From an uncultured delta proteobacterium (GTDB lineage Bacteria; Desulfobacterota; Desulfobacteria; Desulfobacterales; B30-G6): a stretch of 64,000 nt of DNA. Shown piece by piece: positions 28,680-38,174 of the stretch. The translations under genes and the position numbers were made by a program. Where the stretch lies: the NCBI GenBank assembly GCA_963842925.1, contig CAWJIL010000017.1:178833-242832 (forward strand), in the 5' to 3' direction. The notes below the pieces were generated by a model that was not told the origin of the DNA, did no database searches, and was given only the letters and a program-made list of their open reading frames with translations. Position 1 is the stretch's first letter, and every line of letters starts with the position of its first letter.

Positions 28680-28778
28680 TCATCGACGTCTACGCTGCTC
28701 ACAAAGTAACCCGGCGGCCAGACTAAGTGCTTCAAAAGCAGATCTTATTTTCATTTTTGCTGTGAACGCAACAATCAT
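28680..28778 (-). CDS. Possible 32-aa small protein
   Basis: AAAGGAGGA sits 4 nt upstream of the ATG. Translation MIVAFTAKMKIRSAFEALSLAAGLLCEQRRRR. Too short for the ORF track. No other support. Confidence 0.25.
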   Translation of the reverse strand: MIVAFTAKMKIRSAFEALSLAAGLLCEQRRRR

Positions 28779-28950
28779 TTTGTCCTCCTTTCGCAGGGTT
28801 TGTAAGTGGGCAAATGGATAACTTTCCGCAACTTGATATTTAGCGAAGGTTATACGTCTTTGAAAAGTAATAGCAGATTGTAATTCAGTTCAGATCAGAT
28901 ACAGCCATTGAGATTTAGCTTCAAATCAATTGTGATTTAGATGTAACATT

Positions 28951-29060
28951 AGGTACATACAAGATTTGGTAGGAAGGGTCAAGGTGAGGTCGTCTTTGCA
29001 GTACCGATATATGGAGAATATGGACGGTTTCGCGGACCTGAAAAAACCGTTGATAACACC
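28951..29060. repeat. Degenerate composite of ~165-bp repeat pieces (R6)
   Basis: GGTACATACAAGATTTGGTAGG matches the repeat centre. ACCGATATATGGAGAATATGGAC matches the right-end variant. GGACCTGAAAAAACCGTTGATAAC looks like an inverted left arm. Confidence 0.4.
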
Positions 29061-29209
29061 ACATTCCGCTCAGGTAATTGCCTCGTTCTCTATTGCAGAT
29101 ACCCTATTTCTAACAAATTTTAATAAAAGGTAAAATCAGACGAATCGATCCTTCCTCATGTAAACCAAAGCCACAATAATGGTTACAATTGTTTAGAATG
29201 AAAGCACGA

Positions 29210-29473
29210 TCAGTTTTTATTTAAAATATTCAGGATCTCTTGGGTTGGACCAACACACTCATTTTTTGTTAGATACAGGTCAAATGCTTGATTTAGAACT
29301 TCCATAAGCAAATTTTCAGCATTCGCTTTGCTTTTGTTAATCTTTAAATTGAATATTATGTCGATAGCTTCAGTTCTGTAGCCATCGAGATCCTTAATTC
29401 TTTTTGCATCATCACCCAAAGGATTCCACTTAGTGAGTATTTTAGCCACTTTTTCAATTTCGTAATCTTCCAT
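29210..29473 (-). CDS. Small hypothetical protein (DUF1871-like?)
   Basis: 87-aa ORF. ..KWNPLGDDA..DLDGYRTEA.. resembles DUF1871-type proteins from memory. Confidence 0.5.
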   Translation of the reverse strand: MEDYEIEKVAKILTKWNPLGDDAKRIKDLDGYRTEAIDIIFNLKINKSKANAENLLMEVLNQAFDLYLTKNECVGPTQEILNILNKN

Positions 29474-29580
29474 TTGTAGCTCCCGCGATTAATTTTATAA
29501 ATTCTGAATTTAGAATGCTGTACATTCATCATAATTGAGGAACTAATACCATTTTTCACAATTAACCTTTGTTGTGATTG

Positions 29581-29746
29581 ATGGAGGCAAGTGCAACTAT
29601 CTGAAAATCTGAAAAAATGTCAGATACCATCTGGTCATCACCACGGTATCACGGAAACCATTATCATAGCAAACTTTGGCCTTTTGTGATTATATTCACA
29701 CACCGGTAAAACTTTATGGGTTTGATAACCTTGTTTTTGTTGGAGA
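29581..29746 (-). repeat. ~165-bp repeat, full copy R7
   Basis: Aligns with R1, R9, R11 and R13. Its right arm is a variant (..CAGATTTTCAGATAGTTGCACTTGCCTCCAT on the minus strand). Confidence 0.8.
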
Positions 29747-29846
29747 TTTCAGTATTCTTAATGGTGAGTTTAAGTTGACTATAAAAGAAATATGGTTTTT
29801 GGCGTCAACTTGAAACGTTGATTATACCTATGAATACGATCCAATA

Positions 29847-31229
29847 TTATTTCATTAGCCGACGAATAGTTTTAATTTTCCCTTGATAAGGAGGATATAT
29901 TAGTGACAAATCAAACCAAGTCGCTGCTTTTAAAATGCTTTTCTTATGTGAAAAACGCTCAAATCCGCTAAATCCATGATAGCTTCCAATTCCACTTTCT
30001 CCTATACCTCCAAATGGTAGATTGGGGTTGACCAAATGCTGCATACAGTGATTAACACATCCACCGCCAAACTGAATTCTTGAAATCAGTTCATTTTGCA
30101 CGGTTTCACTTTCACTAAAAATATAGCAAGCAAGAGGATGTTGGGGAAGCTTCGCAATCGTATCGACTATTTCATCAAAATTATTATATTCCATCACTGG
30201 TAGAATAGGTCCGAAAATTTCTTCAGCCATAATGTTATCGGTCAATGTCACATTTTTCATAACTGTTGGAGCAATATATCTGTCGGCTTTGTTGAACTGT
30301 CCTCCAACAATAACTTTATTTTGAACAAGAAGACTTATAATTCGACTATGATGCTGCTCATTTACTATTCGTCCAAAATCAAAAGATAACGAAGCATCAT
30401 CGCCATATACATTAATGATACGTTGCTTTATCTTTTCAAGAAATTCCTCCTTTATACTTTGATGAACCATTACGTAGTCAGGAGCGACACATGTTTGACC
30501 AGCATTCATAAATTTTCCATAAACTATGCGGTTAACGGCAATTTTCATGTTGGCGTCAGAATGGACAATACACGGACTCTTACCACCTAATTCCAATGTG
30601 ACAGGGGTTAAATGTTTGGCTGCGGCTTCCATAACGATAGAGCCAATTCTCGGACTACCAGTGAAGAAAATGTGATCAAATTTTTGCTTTAATAATAGTG
30701 TGGTCTCCGGAATTTTACCTGGAATATATGCAACATATGCGGGATCAAATATTTCGTCGATAAGCTTTTGGATCTCCATGCTACAGCTTGGAGTTAATTC
30801 AGATGTTTTAACTACAACAGTATTTCCTGCTGCAATGGCTGCGATTAATGGGGCAAAAGTCAGGCTAATCGGGTAATTGAATGGAGAGACAATTAAATTT
30901 ACACCAAGAGGTGTAAATTGTATTTGGCTTGATGCCGGTTGACAAAGTAACGGGGTTTTAATCCTTTTCGGCTTCATCCATTTTTTTAAATATTTTATAG
31001 TGTTGCTCAAATCATGTAAGACGAACCCTGTTTCCGTGGAGTATGATTCGAATTCAGATTTTCCCAAATCATTTTTAAGAGCAGTTCTAAATTGACTCTC
31101 AAACTTTTTTATCCCCATTTTAAGTTTTTGTAATTCGTTAATTCTGAAGTCATAAGGATGGGTAACTGACGAATTAAAGAACATATGTTGTTTAGTGACA
31201 ATTTCTATTATTTCTTGTTCATTTTTCAT
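29847..31229 (-). CDS. NAD(P)-dependent aldehyde dehydrogenase (ALDH3-like)
   Basis: ELGGKSP, catalytic Cys in GQTCVAPDY, EEIFGPILP. Likely start is the ATG at 31229 (MKNEQEII..). Confidence 0.9.
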   Translation of the reverse strand: MKNEQEIIEIVTKQHMFFNSSVTHPYDFRINELQKLKMGIKKFESQFRTALKNDLGKSEFESYSTETGFVLHDLSNTIKYLKKWMKPKRIKTPLLCQPASSQIQFTPLGVNLIVSPFNYPISLTFAPLIAAIAAGNTVVVKTSELTPSCSMEIQKLIDEIFDPAYVAYIPGKIPETTLLLKQKFDHIFFTGSPRIGSIVMEAAAKHLTPVTLELGGKSPCIVHSDANMKIAVNRIVYGKFMNAGQTCVAPDYVMVHQSIKEEFLEKIKQRIINVYGDDASLSFDFGRIVNEQHHSRIISLLVQNKVIVGGQFNKADRYIAPTVMKNVTLTDNIMAEEIFGPILPVMEYNNFDEIVDTIAKLPQHPLACYIFSESETVQNELISRIQFGGGCVNHCMQHLVNPNLPFGGIGESGIGSYHGFSGFERFSHKKSILKAATWFDLSLIYPPYQGKIKTIRRLMK

Positions 31230-31457
31230 AATATTGCCTACATTTTTAAGTATAACATTGATATTCAATTGACGTTTCGATTATGTCCCATTTTGACTGT
31301 TATATTGCACCTTGTTAACTCATTAATAGGATAATAATCCTTGAACGTCATCGCTCAGAAAACTGCCATTTCTGGTGACTCATTTTTTCAATTTGTTGCG
31401 AAGAGCCGACTACCATATTGTGGTTGGATAAATATCCATTGTATTCCAGATACAATG

Positions 31458-31694
31458 CTATCTCAAAATTTGAGTTGGGGTCAGCCCGTCACTGAAGATG
31501 GCACGGTAGTCCGGAAGGGCGACATGCACGTCGGCCCCCTGTTCAAACAGGGCCGTGATCAGGGCAGCTGAAACGTCGGCAAGGCCCCCTGCTTTGGCTG
31601 TAAAAAAGGAAGCCAGATCTCCCATGCGATCCGGTAAATAGGTGACCTCCGGCTTAACGATTAGAATGCGTGGATTTTTGGATTGGTCTTGCAT
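31458..31694 (-). pseudogene. glgA: N-terminal fragment of glycogen/starch synthase
   Basis: ..ILIVKPEVTYLPDRMGDLASFFTAKAGGLADVSAALITAL..GADVHVALPDY is the KxGGL N-terminal region of GlgA. The ORF stops after ~78 aa, against ~480 aa expected. Confidence 0.65.
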
Positions 31695-31780
31695 TTCTGT
31701 GGGTGTCTTTTTTATAATACCTTTATGGCTCTCACCTGAAAAACGTCCGCATACCCCACAATACGCCAATGATAGTTCTA

Positions 31781-32203
31781 CTATACGAGCTTAGCTTCCA
31801 TTATGATCTTCGCATTCAACAGCCGTGATATTGGACATCCTGCCTTGGCGTTGTTTGTTGCCTTATCAAAGGCAATCGGATCTGCGTCAGGAACTGCTGC
31901 GGCGACATATAGTTGTACTTCAGTAATGGTGAATCCTTTATCGGTCTTCTCAAGAGTAACAGTTGCAATAGTGTTAATGCTCATTGCTTTTAGACCCTCT
32001 TTTTCCAATTGACCAGAAAGGGCCATCGAGAAACAGCCAGCATGAGCGGCAGCTATTAATTCTTCAGGATTAGTGCCCTTGCCTTCCTCAAATCGTGTGC
32101 TGAAAGAGTACTGACTGTCGGAAAGAACGCCGCTATCTGTTGAGATGGTTCCTTTTCCATCTTTTAGACCACCCTTCCATATAGCTGAAGCCTTACGTTT
32201 CAT
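31781..32203 (-). CDS. osmC: OsmC family peroxiredoxin
   Basis: 140 aa. ..NPEELIAAAHAGCFSMAL.. and C-terminal ..AKAGCPISR carry the two conserved OsmC cysteines. Confidence 0.85.
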   Translation of the reverse strand: MKRKASAIWKGGLKDGKGTISTDSGVLSDSQYSFSTRFEEGKGTNPEELIAAAHAGCFSMALSGQLEKEGLKAMSINTIATVTLEKTDKGFTITEVQLYVAAAVPDADPIAFDKATNNAKAGCPISRLLNAKIIMEAKLV

Positions 32204-32426
32204 AATTTCCTCCTTTGCTCATATTCTTACCTTTTTGCTACAGTGGAGTCATCTAACAGTGAATATACGGATCCGTATAAGACGCTGTATGCCTGATTTA
32301 TTATAAAAACACAAGATCAGGAAATTATACAAACCATAAAATGTTGTTATTTCAAATCCGGTGTAAAAAAATGTGATATATTCTAAAAAGTTAGCAGGAA
32401 ACCAAATATCCGAGGAATTCAGATAA

Positions 32427-32491
32427 ATGGAGACAAGTGCTACTATCTGAAAATCTGAAAAAATATCAGGGGCCTGATATCTACCGTTTTG
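32427..32491 (-). repeat. ~165-bp repeat, internally deleted mini copy R8
   Basis: The right arm (ATGGAGACAAGTGCTACTATCTGAAAATCTGAAAAAATATCAG) is joined directly to the left arm (GGGCCTGATATCTACCGTTTTG). Its left end abuts an intron 3' end at 32492. Confidence 0.65.
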
Positions 32492-32595
32492 GTCGAGTAG
32501 CCCGGGGGAATTTAACCCCCAGGGCCTCACAGGTAGGTACGTGACAGTCTCCCGTCATACCGCTCCTGCCAGCCTTCCTCTTGAGCCCTCATGTG
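32492..32595 (-). mobile_element. 5'-truncated fragment of the type B group II intron (domains V-VI)
   Basis: Aligns with 17030-17135, including CUACUCGAC and domain V GAGCGGUAUGACGGGAGACUGUCACGUACCUAC. Confidence 0.75.
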
Positions 32596-32675
32596 ACAGG
32601 CCCATGATCCGCGTGCTTTATCGGGAGACGGTGTCTTTAAGATGGAAAATCATCGAGAAGGAAACCTGGGGAAGG

Positions 32676-32885
32676 TCATTTCCGGCGCCCCCCCTTTCCG
32701 CCACCGCCACGACCGCGACCTCCTCCTGTTCCATCCCTTCGACCTTTACCACCACCTCGCCCTAAACCCCTTCCAGCATTTTTTCCTCCGGAGTTGTTTT
32801 CATTATCAATCTTATTTCGCCCACTGCTTTCGGAGCCGTCATGATTCGTTTCCTTGTCTGTCTCTTTTTGCATGATACTCTCCAT
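32676..32885 (-). CDS. Small Gly/Arg-rich protein (DUF5320-like?)
   Basis: 69-aa ORF. The alternative ATG at 32873 has GGAGAG upstream. C-terminal half is GRGLGRGGGKGRRDGTGGGRGRGGGGKGGRRK. Confidence 0.4.
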   Translation of the reverse strand: MESIMQKETDKETNHDGSESSGRNKIDNENNSGGKNAGRGLGRGGGKGRRDGTGGGRGRGGGGKGGRRK

Positions 32886-33577
32886 TCCTTGGGTTTCTTA
32901 ATTTAACAGCCTGCCAGATGGCAATTCTCTTTTTTAAGGCTATCGATGGTTGTCTTGTTTTTTCTGGAAACTGATTTTGATTTTTTTAATAATTCAACGC
33001 AATCGGAAATGTGTTTCAAACGCAATTCGTTCTTGATTAACTTGCTAATTTCTTAGTAATTTCCCATTCGTTTCATCCTCTTGTTGAATTTAGATGTTCT
33101 GAAAATTCGTTTTTGAAACACTCATGGTTTGACCGTTGTAAATAAGTTTCCTTTCTCTCGTTCATTTAAGAGTAGCTTGTGCTACCGAACCTTGTCAAAC
33201 ATTCGAATAAATAACTGTTGGACAAAAGGATATGTTATGAACGGCCAGGTAAGTATGTTCTGGCTATCTCACGAAAACGGTCACCCCTGTAGCTTGTGTT
33301 AGCTTGTCAAAAACTTGGATTGAGGTTAATTCTGAATATATCTATCGCACTATAAATTAGATTTTTCGTAGTTCCCCCAAACAAGCCCAATTTCGACCAT
33401 TTTAGCCCCTAATTTTTTTTCAGATATATAGCAGAAAGCAAAATTTCGATTTTTGCTATTCGTATGCTGATTAATTTAAAAACTTCTTTGCTTCTATCAC
33501 TGATATCCTTTTCCCATTTTTAAAAGCAACAACAAACGCTCCACTGAATCCCTTCCGCCCCCACGCTTCCCACACAT

Positions 33578-33832
33578 TCGTACGTGACAGTCTCCAGTCA
33601 TACGGCCCCTGACAGCCATAAGCAGGCAACCTCGCAGTCCCAAGCTGACACATAAAGAAATTCGGTTCCTTTCAGTTTCCTGATTGATCATCATTTGCTG
33701 TGATCTGGCTCATCCCCTTCGCTCCAACCCCATTACAGAGCCTTCAACACGACGACTCGATGATCCACCCCCGTGTCCCGCATTGATACCCTCACGCTTG
33801 TGGGGTCTGAACTTGCGTTTCTCATTCCCTGG
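33578..33832 (-). mobile_element. 5'-truncated, diverged fragment of the type B group II intron
   Basis: Aligns with 17078-17340 (..GGCTCATCCCCTTCGCTCC..CATTACAG..CCTTCAACAC..TTGCGTTTCTC). The domain VI region is degenerate. Confidence 0.7.
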
Positions 33833-34039
33833 GGTTATTGTGTCTTTACTTCTTATCTTCCCATTGACCCCTTTTATTGTAAGTTCACCTCCACCTTGAA
33901 TTTTTAGAAACCATCTGGCTGAGTCGATAGCGTCTTTTTGTGTTCGATGCAGACTTGTCGCTCGGTTGGAATCATTTCTTTTATTTACCCAGCTCCCATC
34001 GTCACGTTTATAAATGGTGCGATCTCTATTCTTTTTCAT
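33710..34039 (-). CDS. DUF2188-like protein with C terminus replaced by intron-fragment sequence
   Basis: The first ~70 aa (MKKNRDRTIYKRDDGSWVNKRN..TQKDAIDSARWFLKIQGGGELTIKGVNGKIRSKDTI) match my recollection of DUF2188. The reading frame then runs into 33578-33832. Confidence 0.6.
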   Translation of the reverse strand: MKKNRDRTIYKRDDGSWVNKRNDSNRATSLHRTQKDAIDSARWFLKIQGGGELTIKGVNGKIRSKDTITPGNEKRKFRPHKREGINAGHGGGSSSRRVEGSVMGLERRG

Positions 34040-34261
34040 TTTACACCTCCTTTTTTACATTCAGTTTTCTAACTATTTGAAAGTAGTCTTGTTCGGTTGA
34101 CTTGCCACGCGTGTATGCCTCGCGGCCTCAACAAACGATCTAAACGAGCCCACCTATCATTTTGCTATGATATGATGCCCATCGAGTTATGATACCGTCA
34201 AATCGTGGAGAATGTGTGAGCCTGCGATACTGATACCATATCCAAGTTTTGGCGGCTTCAG

Positions 34262-34438
34262 CAGTACAGATATTTGGAGAGAAATGCAGCTATCAAGATT
34301 GATGTAAATTTTGCCGATACCATCTGGCTATGTCCAGCATAGCACGAAGGGACCTATGGATGCAAGATTTGGCTGGTTGCGATTAGTTTCGCATATCAAT
34401 ATAATTTTAAGGGTCTGATATCTAACGTTTTGTTGAAG
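34262..34438 (-). repeat. ~165-bp repeat, full copy R9
   Basis: Aligns with R1, R7, R11 and R13. Right-end variant ..CTCTCCAAATATCTGTACTGC. Confidence 0.8.
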
Positions 34439-34465
34439 ACATCCACGAAAAAACAGGCCCAATTT

Positions 34466-35398
34466 TTACCCTGCTTTCAATTTTTCCCTTGCATGCCCCC
34501 GGATTCTAAGGGGTGATGCGACGCGTGAGCCCGGCAAAGGTGAATCCACATAGATCAAATCGCTCTTGCAGTTTCCTTGTGGAAATACCTGAACAAGCTG
34601 CGAAGCGAAAAACGACGCCTCGTATTCCGCCCCGAAGCCGTCGGGAGTGGGCCCGGCGGTCTTTCCGGCAAGAGTCATGAATAGCGGTGTGCACGGTATT
34701 AAACCGGGGAGTGCTTTTCGATAGGTTGCCATAACTTCATTTAACGCCGGCGAATTTCCCGAAAGCCAAAGTTCTCTCGCCTGAGAACAGGGTAAAAACG
34801 ATCGTACTTCGTGACCGATGGTTACCCAACCGTCAAGAACCTCTTCTCCCTCAGTAAGGGGGGTTATCTCTTTTAACATATTACGATCAAGAACCAAATA
34901 TTTTGATGTGCCGACAGAGGGTGGCACCGCCATTGGCTCGCCCAGAGTACGCTTGGCATAATTCACAACGATCACACCGTTGCGAACGCTGATATTTTTC
35001 GGCGCCACTCTGTCTCCGAGAAAAATTGCACGGGTACCAAGAATAATGCCGTTCACGTCGAGGGCGGCTGCGACATAATAAAAGGTTCCGCTGCCACCGG
35101 GATCGTAGGTTAAAATAAGCGCAGCGTCTACATCCCCCTCGCCATCGATGTTTCCATAGACCGGCTTACCGAAAACGGAGGTGATGGTTTTGCTTGCCGA
35201 ACCGGGCGCAGATTCTGTTTCACAACGGCCATCGATCAATCGTATTTCTTGACTCTCGACGATGTAAGTGGCGTTCAGGGGGTCAGTTGTCGTGGCGCCC
35301 ACAATCCGGGCATCATGCGTTTTGGCGCCACCAAATGAGATGACGCAGCCGATGACGATAAGACAGGCCAACATCTCTATGAGTATATTCTTTTTCAT
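34466..35398 (-). CDS. Secreted/lipoprotein, hypothetical; C-terminal Gmad2-like Ig domain appears cut short
   Basis: Signal MKKNILIEMLACLIVIGC. Ends ..DSPLPGSRVASPLRIRGHAR, then 6 unrelated residues just before repeat R9. Confidence 0.65.
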   Translation of the reverse strand: MKKNILIEMLACLIVIGCVISFGGAKTHDARIVGATTTDPLNATYIVESQEIRLIDGRCETESAPGSASKTITSVFGKPVYGNIDGEGDVDAALILTYDPGGSGTFYYVAAALDVNGIILGTRAIFLGDRVAPKNISVRNGVIVVNYAKRTLGEPMAVPPSVGTSKYLVLDRNMLKEITPLTEGEEVLDGWVTIGHEVRSFLPCSQARELWLSGNSPALNEVMATYRKALPGLIPCTPLFMTLAGKTAGPTPDGFGAEYEASFFASQLVQVFPQGNCKSDLIYVDSPLPGSRVASPLRIRGHAREKLKAG

Positions 35399-35654
35399 GG
35401 AACGCATCGCTATCTAATTGTCTGGTGATACAGGAATCCGCTGGTTTCCAGCCTGAATGTACATCACTCCTGAACGCGGCATCACTACCATGGCCATTGC
35501 GGCTTTTTTTTCAATCGGCAACGCCGACCGGATCTCTATTGAGAGGACCTCGATGACACCATCCTTGAGGGTGATCTTGAAAGTTGAATATCAATAAATA
35601 GTCTGGCCATATTAGACCCTGTTCACGATCTTTGATAAACGAATACATTCGTTA

Positions 35655-35797
35655 GTGTCCGTCCAGAAATAGGGATTTTCGCGTTCTGACAAGGCGGGCG
35701 TCAGATTTAACCCGGAGGAATAGCGCACTATTTTGAGGCGTTAAATCATGGCGCCCAACACCGGTAGGGCGTGAAAAGACCATTTGTGGATGGACAC
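35655..35797. repeat. 143-bp element bounded by imperfect ~20-bp inverted repeats (MITE-like)
   Basis: GTGTCCGTCCAGAAATAGGG at the left versus the reverse complement of the right end, GTGTCCATCCACAAATGGTC (16/20 by eye). Single copy in this window. Confidence 0.45.
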
Positions 35798-36258
35798 TAG
35801 TTAACGAGCATATTAACCCTAAATGTACTGCTCATATTGTTTTCCTTATCTTCTATTTGAAAGTGATACCTATAGCTGCCACTTGGTATCTGTATTTGTC
35901 TTGCGTTAATATATTCATCCCAATCAGACACGGAGCTCTGAATAGTTAGGTCACTCACATCAGGGCCGTCATATACAATGTATTCTCCATCTTCCCAAAC
36001 GTATATGGTCACGTGAACGTATCGTATGTCAAGGTCAGGATCCCTATATTCAATTCTACGATAATAGTAGTCATCATCATTAAAAGAAATTGACATTTGA
36101 GGATTGTTTTTTCCAGAATCGTCACACTTATAAAAAACTACATCTGAGATAGTTGGAGCCGTACCAGGATCTGAATCATCAGAACTATCTGTATCACAAC
36201 CGATAAGTATCGTCGAAAAAAACAATAGTGATAGGATGACTTTAGGATAGCGTTTCAT
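35797..36258 (-). CDS. Lipoprotein, hypothetical
   Basis: Lipobox ILIGCDTD. 153 aa. Confidence 0.7.
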   Translation of the reverse strand: MKRYPKVILSLLFFSTILIGCDTDSSDDSDPGTAPTISDVVFYKCDDSGKNNPQMSISFNDDDYYYRRIEYRDPDLDIRYVHVTIYVWEDGEYIVYDGPDVSDLTIQSSVSDWDEYINARQIQIPSGSYRYHFQIEDKENNMSSTFRVNMLVN

Positions 36259-36504
36259 AATAACCTCACCTATGTTCGAAGTTTATATAGAGCTTTATTT
36301 CGGCTTTATCGGTTATGGTATTGAAATTGTATGGGCAGATTTAGCAACCTGGCAAAGGCAGGCGTCAATTCAGAGATCCAGCATTAAATCAAGCAAGAAT
36401 TAACCGTACAACAAACTGATATAAAAACTGTCAGAATTAGTCAAGGAATTGTCAATTTAGAAGGTCGTTGATTTGGGATATCTTGTTTGAAAACCAAATA
36501 TCAT

Positions 36505-36540
36505 CGCAATACAGATACATGGAGAGATCATGGACATCGC
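36505..36540 (-). repeat. Possible right-end fragment of the ~165-bp repeat (R10)
   Basis: GCAATACAGATACATGGAGAGATCATGGAC resembles the R9 and R6 right-end variant. Confidence 0.35.
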
Positions 36541-36767
36541 AAGTTGTTATGTAGGAAGCGCTAAGTGATTTATTACCTATTTTCCATACCAGCATTTAGG
36601 AGTCTGTCTTTTACTTCATAGCTTATGTGATTAAAAAGGCTTTTTAGATTGGTAACTATCTGAAATACATTGGTAATAAATTTTAAATGCTTTCTTGCAT
36701 GAATATTGCAGATACAAATAGTGAACGTGAGTAAACTCAGAATAAAAATATCCATAGAGGCTTTCGT

Positions 36768-36992
36768 ATGAAAAAATATTTATTAGTGAGTTTAAGCTAT
36801 TTATTCCTATCATTTGTAATTACACCTGTTTCAGAGGCCATTGATACGGGTTTTTCCCAAGCTGTTGATCCAACCGCAATGATCCTTTTGGCAACTGGCG
36901 TTGTCGGTCTTTTTGCTTTCTCAAGAAGTAGCTTAAACAGGAGTACTCATGACACTAACAAAAGCACAACTCATCGAACGGATTCGGTCTAA
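36768..36992 (+). CDS. Small secreted protein with PEP-CTERM-like anchor
   Basis: Signal peptide, then ..VDPTAMILLATGVVGLFAFSRSS (PEP-CTERM-like: motif, TM helix, basic tail). The 3' end overlaps the IHF gene start. Confidence 0.4.
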   Translation: MKKYLLVSLSYLFLSFVITPVSEAIDTGFSQAVDPTAMILLATGVVGLFAFSRSSLNRSTHDTNKSTTHRTDSV

Positions 36993-37233
36993 CAATGCCC
37001 TGACTAAGAAACAGAACACCGACGTTGTTGAAACCACCATCGATATCATAAAAAACACCCTTGCATCTGGTGAAGATGTTCTGATCTGCGGTTTCGGTAA
37101 ATTTAGTGTTAAAGATAAAGCTGAACGCAAAGGCAGGAATCCCGCTACTGGTGAAGATAAGATGATTTCAGCAAGACGCGTGGTTACGTTTAAGTGTTCT
37201 GGCAAACTTAGGGGTAAGATCAATGGAACGTGA
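36949..37233 (+). CDS. HU/IHF family DNA-binding protein (IHF-like)
   Basis: 94 aa. ..GFGKFSVKDKAERKGRNPATGEDKMISARRVVTFKCSGKL.. is the canonical DNA-binding arm. Confidence 0.9.
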   Translation: MTLTKAQLIERIRSNNALTKKQNTDVVETTIDIIKNTLASGEDVLICGFGKFSVKDKAERKGRNPATGEDKMISARRVVTFKCSGKLRGKINGT

Positions 37234-37483
37234 TAGGATCATCTGTATATTCTGTGGCAGAATTGCAAAGATCATGGAACAAGATGATCTGGGAATTGTA
37301 CCCATGCAAAAGCTATAGGACATTACAGAAGGTGGCGAAGCTCCCCCCATCGCCATGGGGCTGCTGCCAGCCTTAAGAATATTAAACTTGACGGCGTTGA
37401 CCACTGGCTCGATTTGCAGAAAAAGCGTTGGTCATGCCCCGATTGCGGCACGTCTTTATTATGTCTAAAAAAAGCTGGACCAT

Positions 37484-37912
37484 ATGGAAAGCAAAATTTC
37501 TGATACAGAAGCCTTAAGCGCATGCATGCAGGCAGCATATAAGGCTTACTTATCACGGCTTGGTGGTGTTACCTTACCACCAATGACTGTAGATTATGAG
37601 GAGGAGATTAGATCATATCCAGTTTGGATTGCAGAATCTGACAAATCACTGGTTGGTGGTCTCATTCTAATGCCTGAAGATGAATGTATGACGATTGCAA
37701 ATATAGCTGTTCATCCAGATTTCCAGGGAAATGGGCTTGGACGTGGTCTCATGGAGTTTGGAGAGACACAGGCAAAACAAAAAGGCTATTCCGAATTACG
37801 TCTTGCAACACATATCCTGCTTACAGAGAACCTATCTTTATATTCTCATCTTGGGTGGTCAGAGATTGGTCGGGATAAATCCCGTATATTTATGATAAAA
37901 AATATTTCGTAA
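37484..37912 (+). CDS. GNAT family N-acetyltransferase
   Basis: IAVHPDFQGNGLGRGLM acetyl-CoA motif. 142 aa. Confidence 0.85.
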   Translation: MESKISDTEALSACMQAAYKAYLSRLGGVTLPPMTVDYEEEIRSYPVWIAESDKSLVGGLILMPEDECMTIANIAVHPDFQGNGLGRGLMEFGETQAKQKGYSELRLATHILLTENLSLYSHLGWSEIGRDKSRIFMIKNIS

Positions 37913-38174
37913 CGGCCGATGATAGCTGAATCAAATACTAAGAAATCAAGGATCACCAATCCTGTAGGTGTTGCAGTGGCGATAACACAAAGTGTATCGG
38001 CAATATTTCTATAATTGCCAAAATGTAAGGTACTCTCCATGTTTCGATTCCAGGACACCGCTTTTTTCCTGTTATATGTCTGCTTGTTTTCGGTGTTGCG
38101 GCGTCATTAATTATTTTTTGGCTCGTTCACAATTGGGAAAAGACAAAGCAGCGCAGTGAATTTGATACCAGGGC

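Noticed and set aside
37240-37480. Possible zinc-ribbon gene scraps (..CIFCGRIAKI.. and ..RWSCPDCGTSLL..) between the IHF and GNAT genes
   Set aside because: The frames are broken and the pieces short. I could not assign a family with any confidence.
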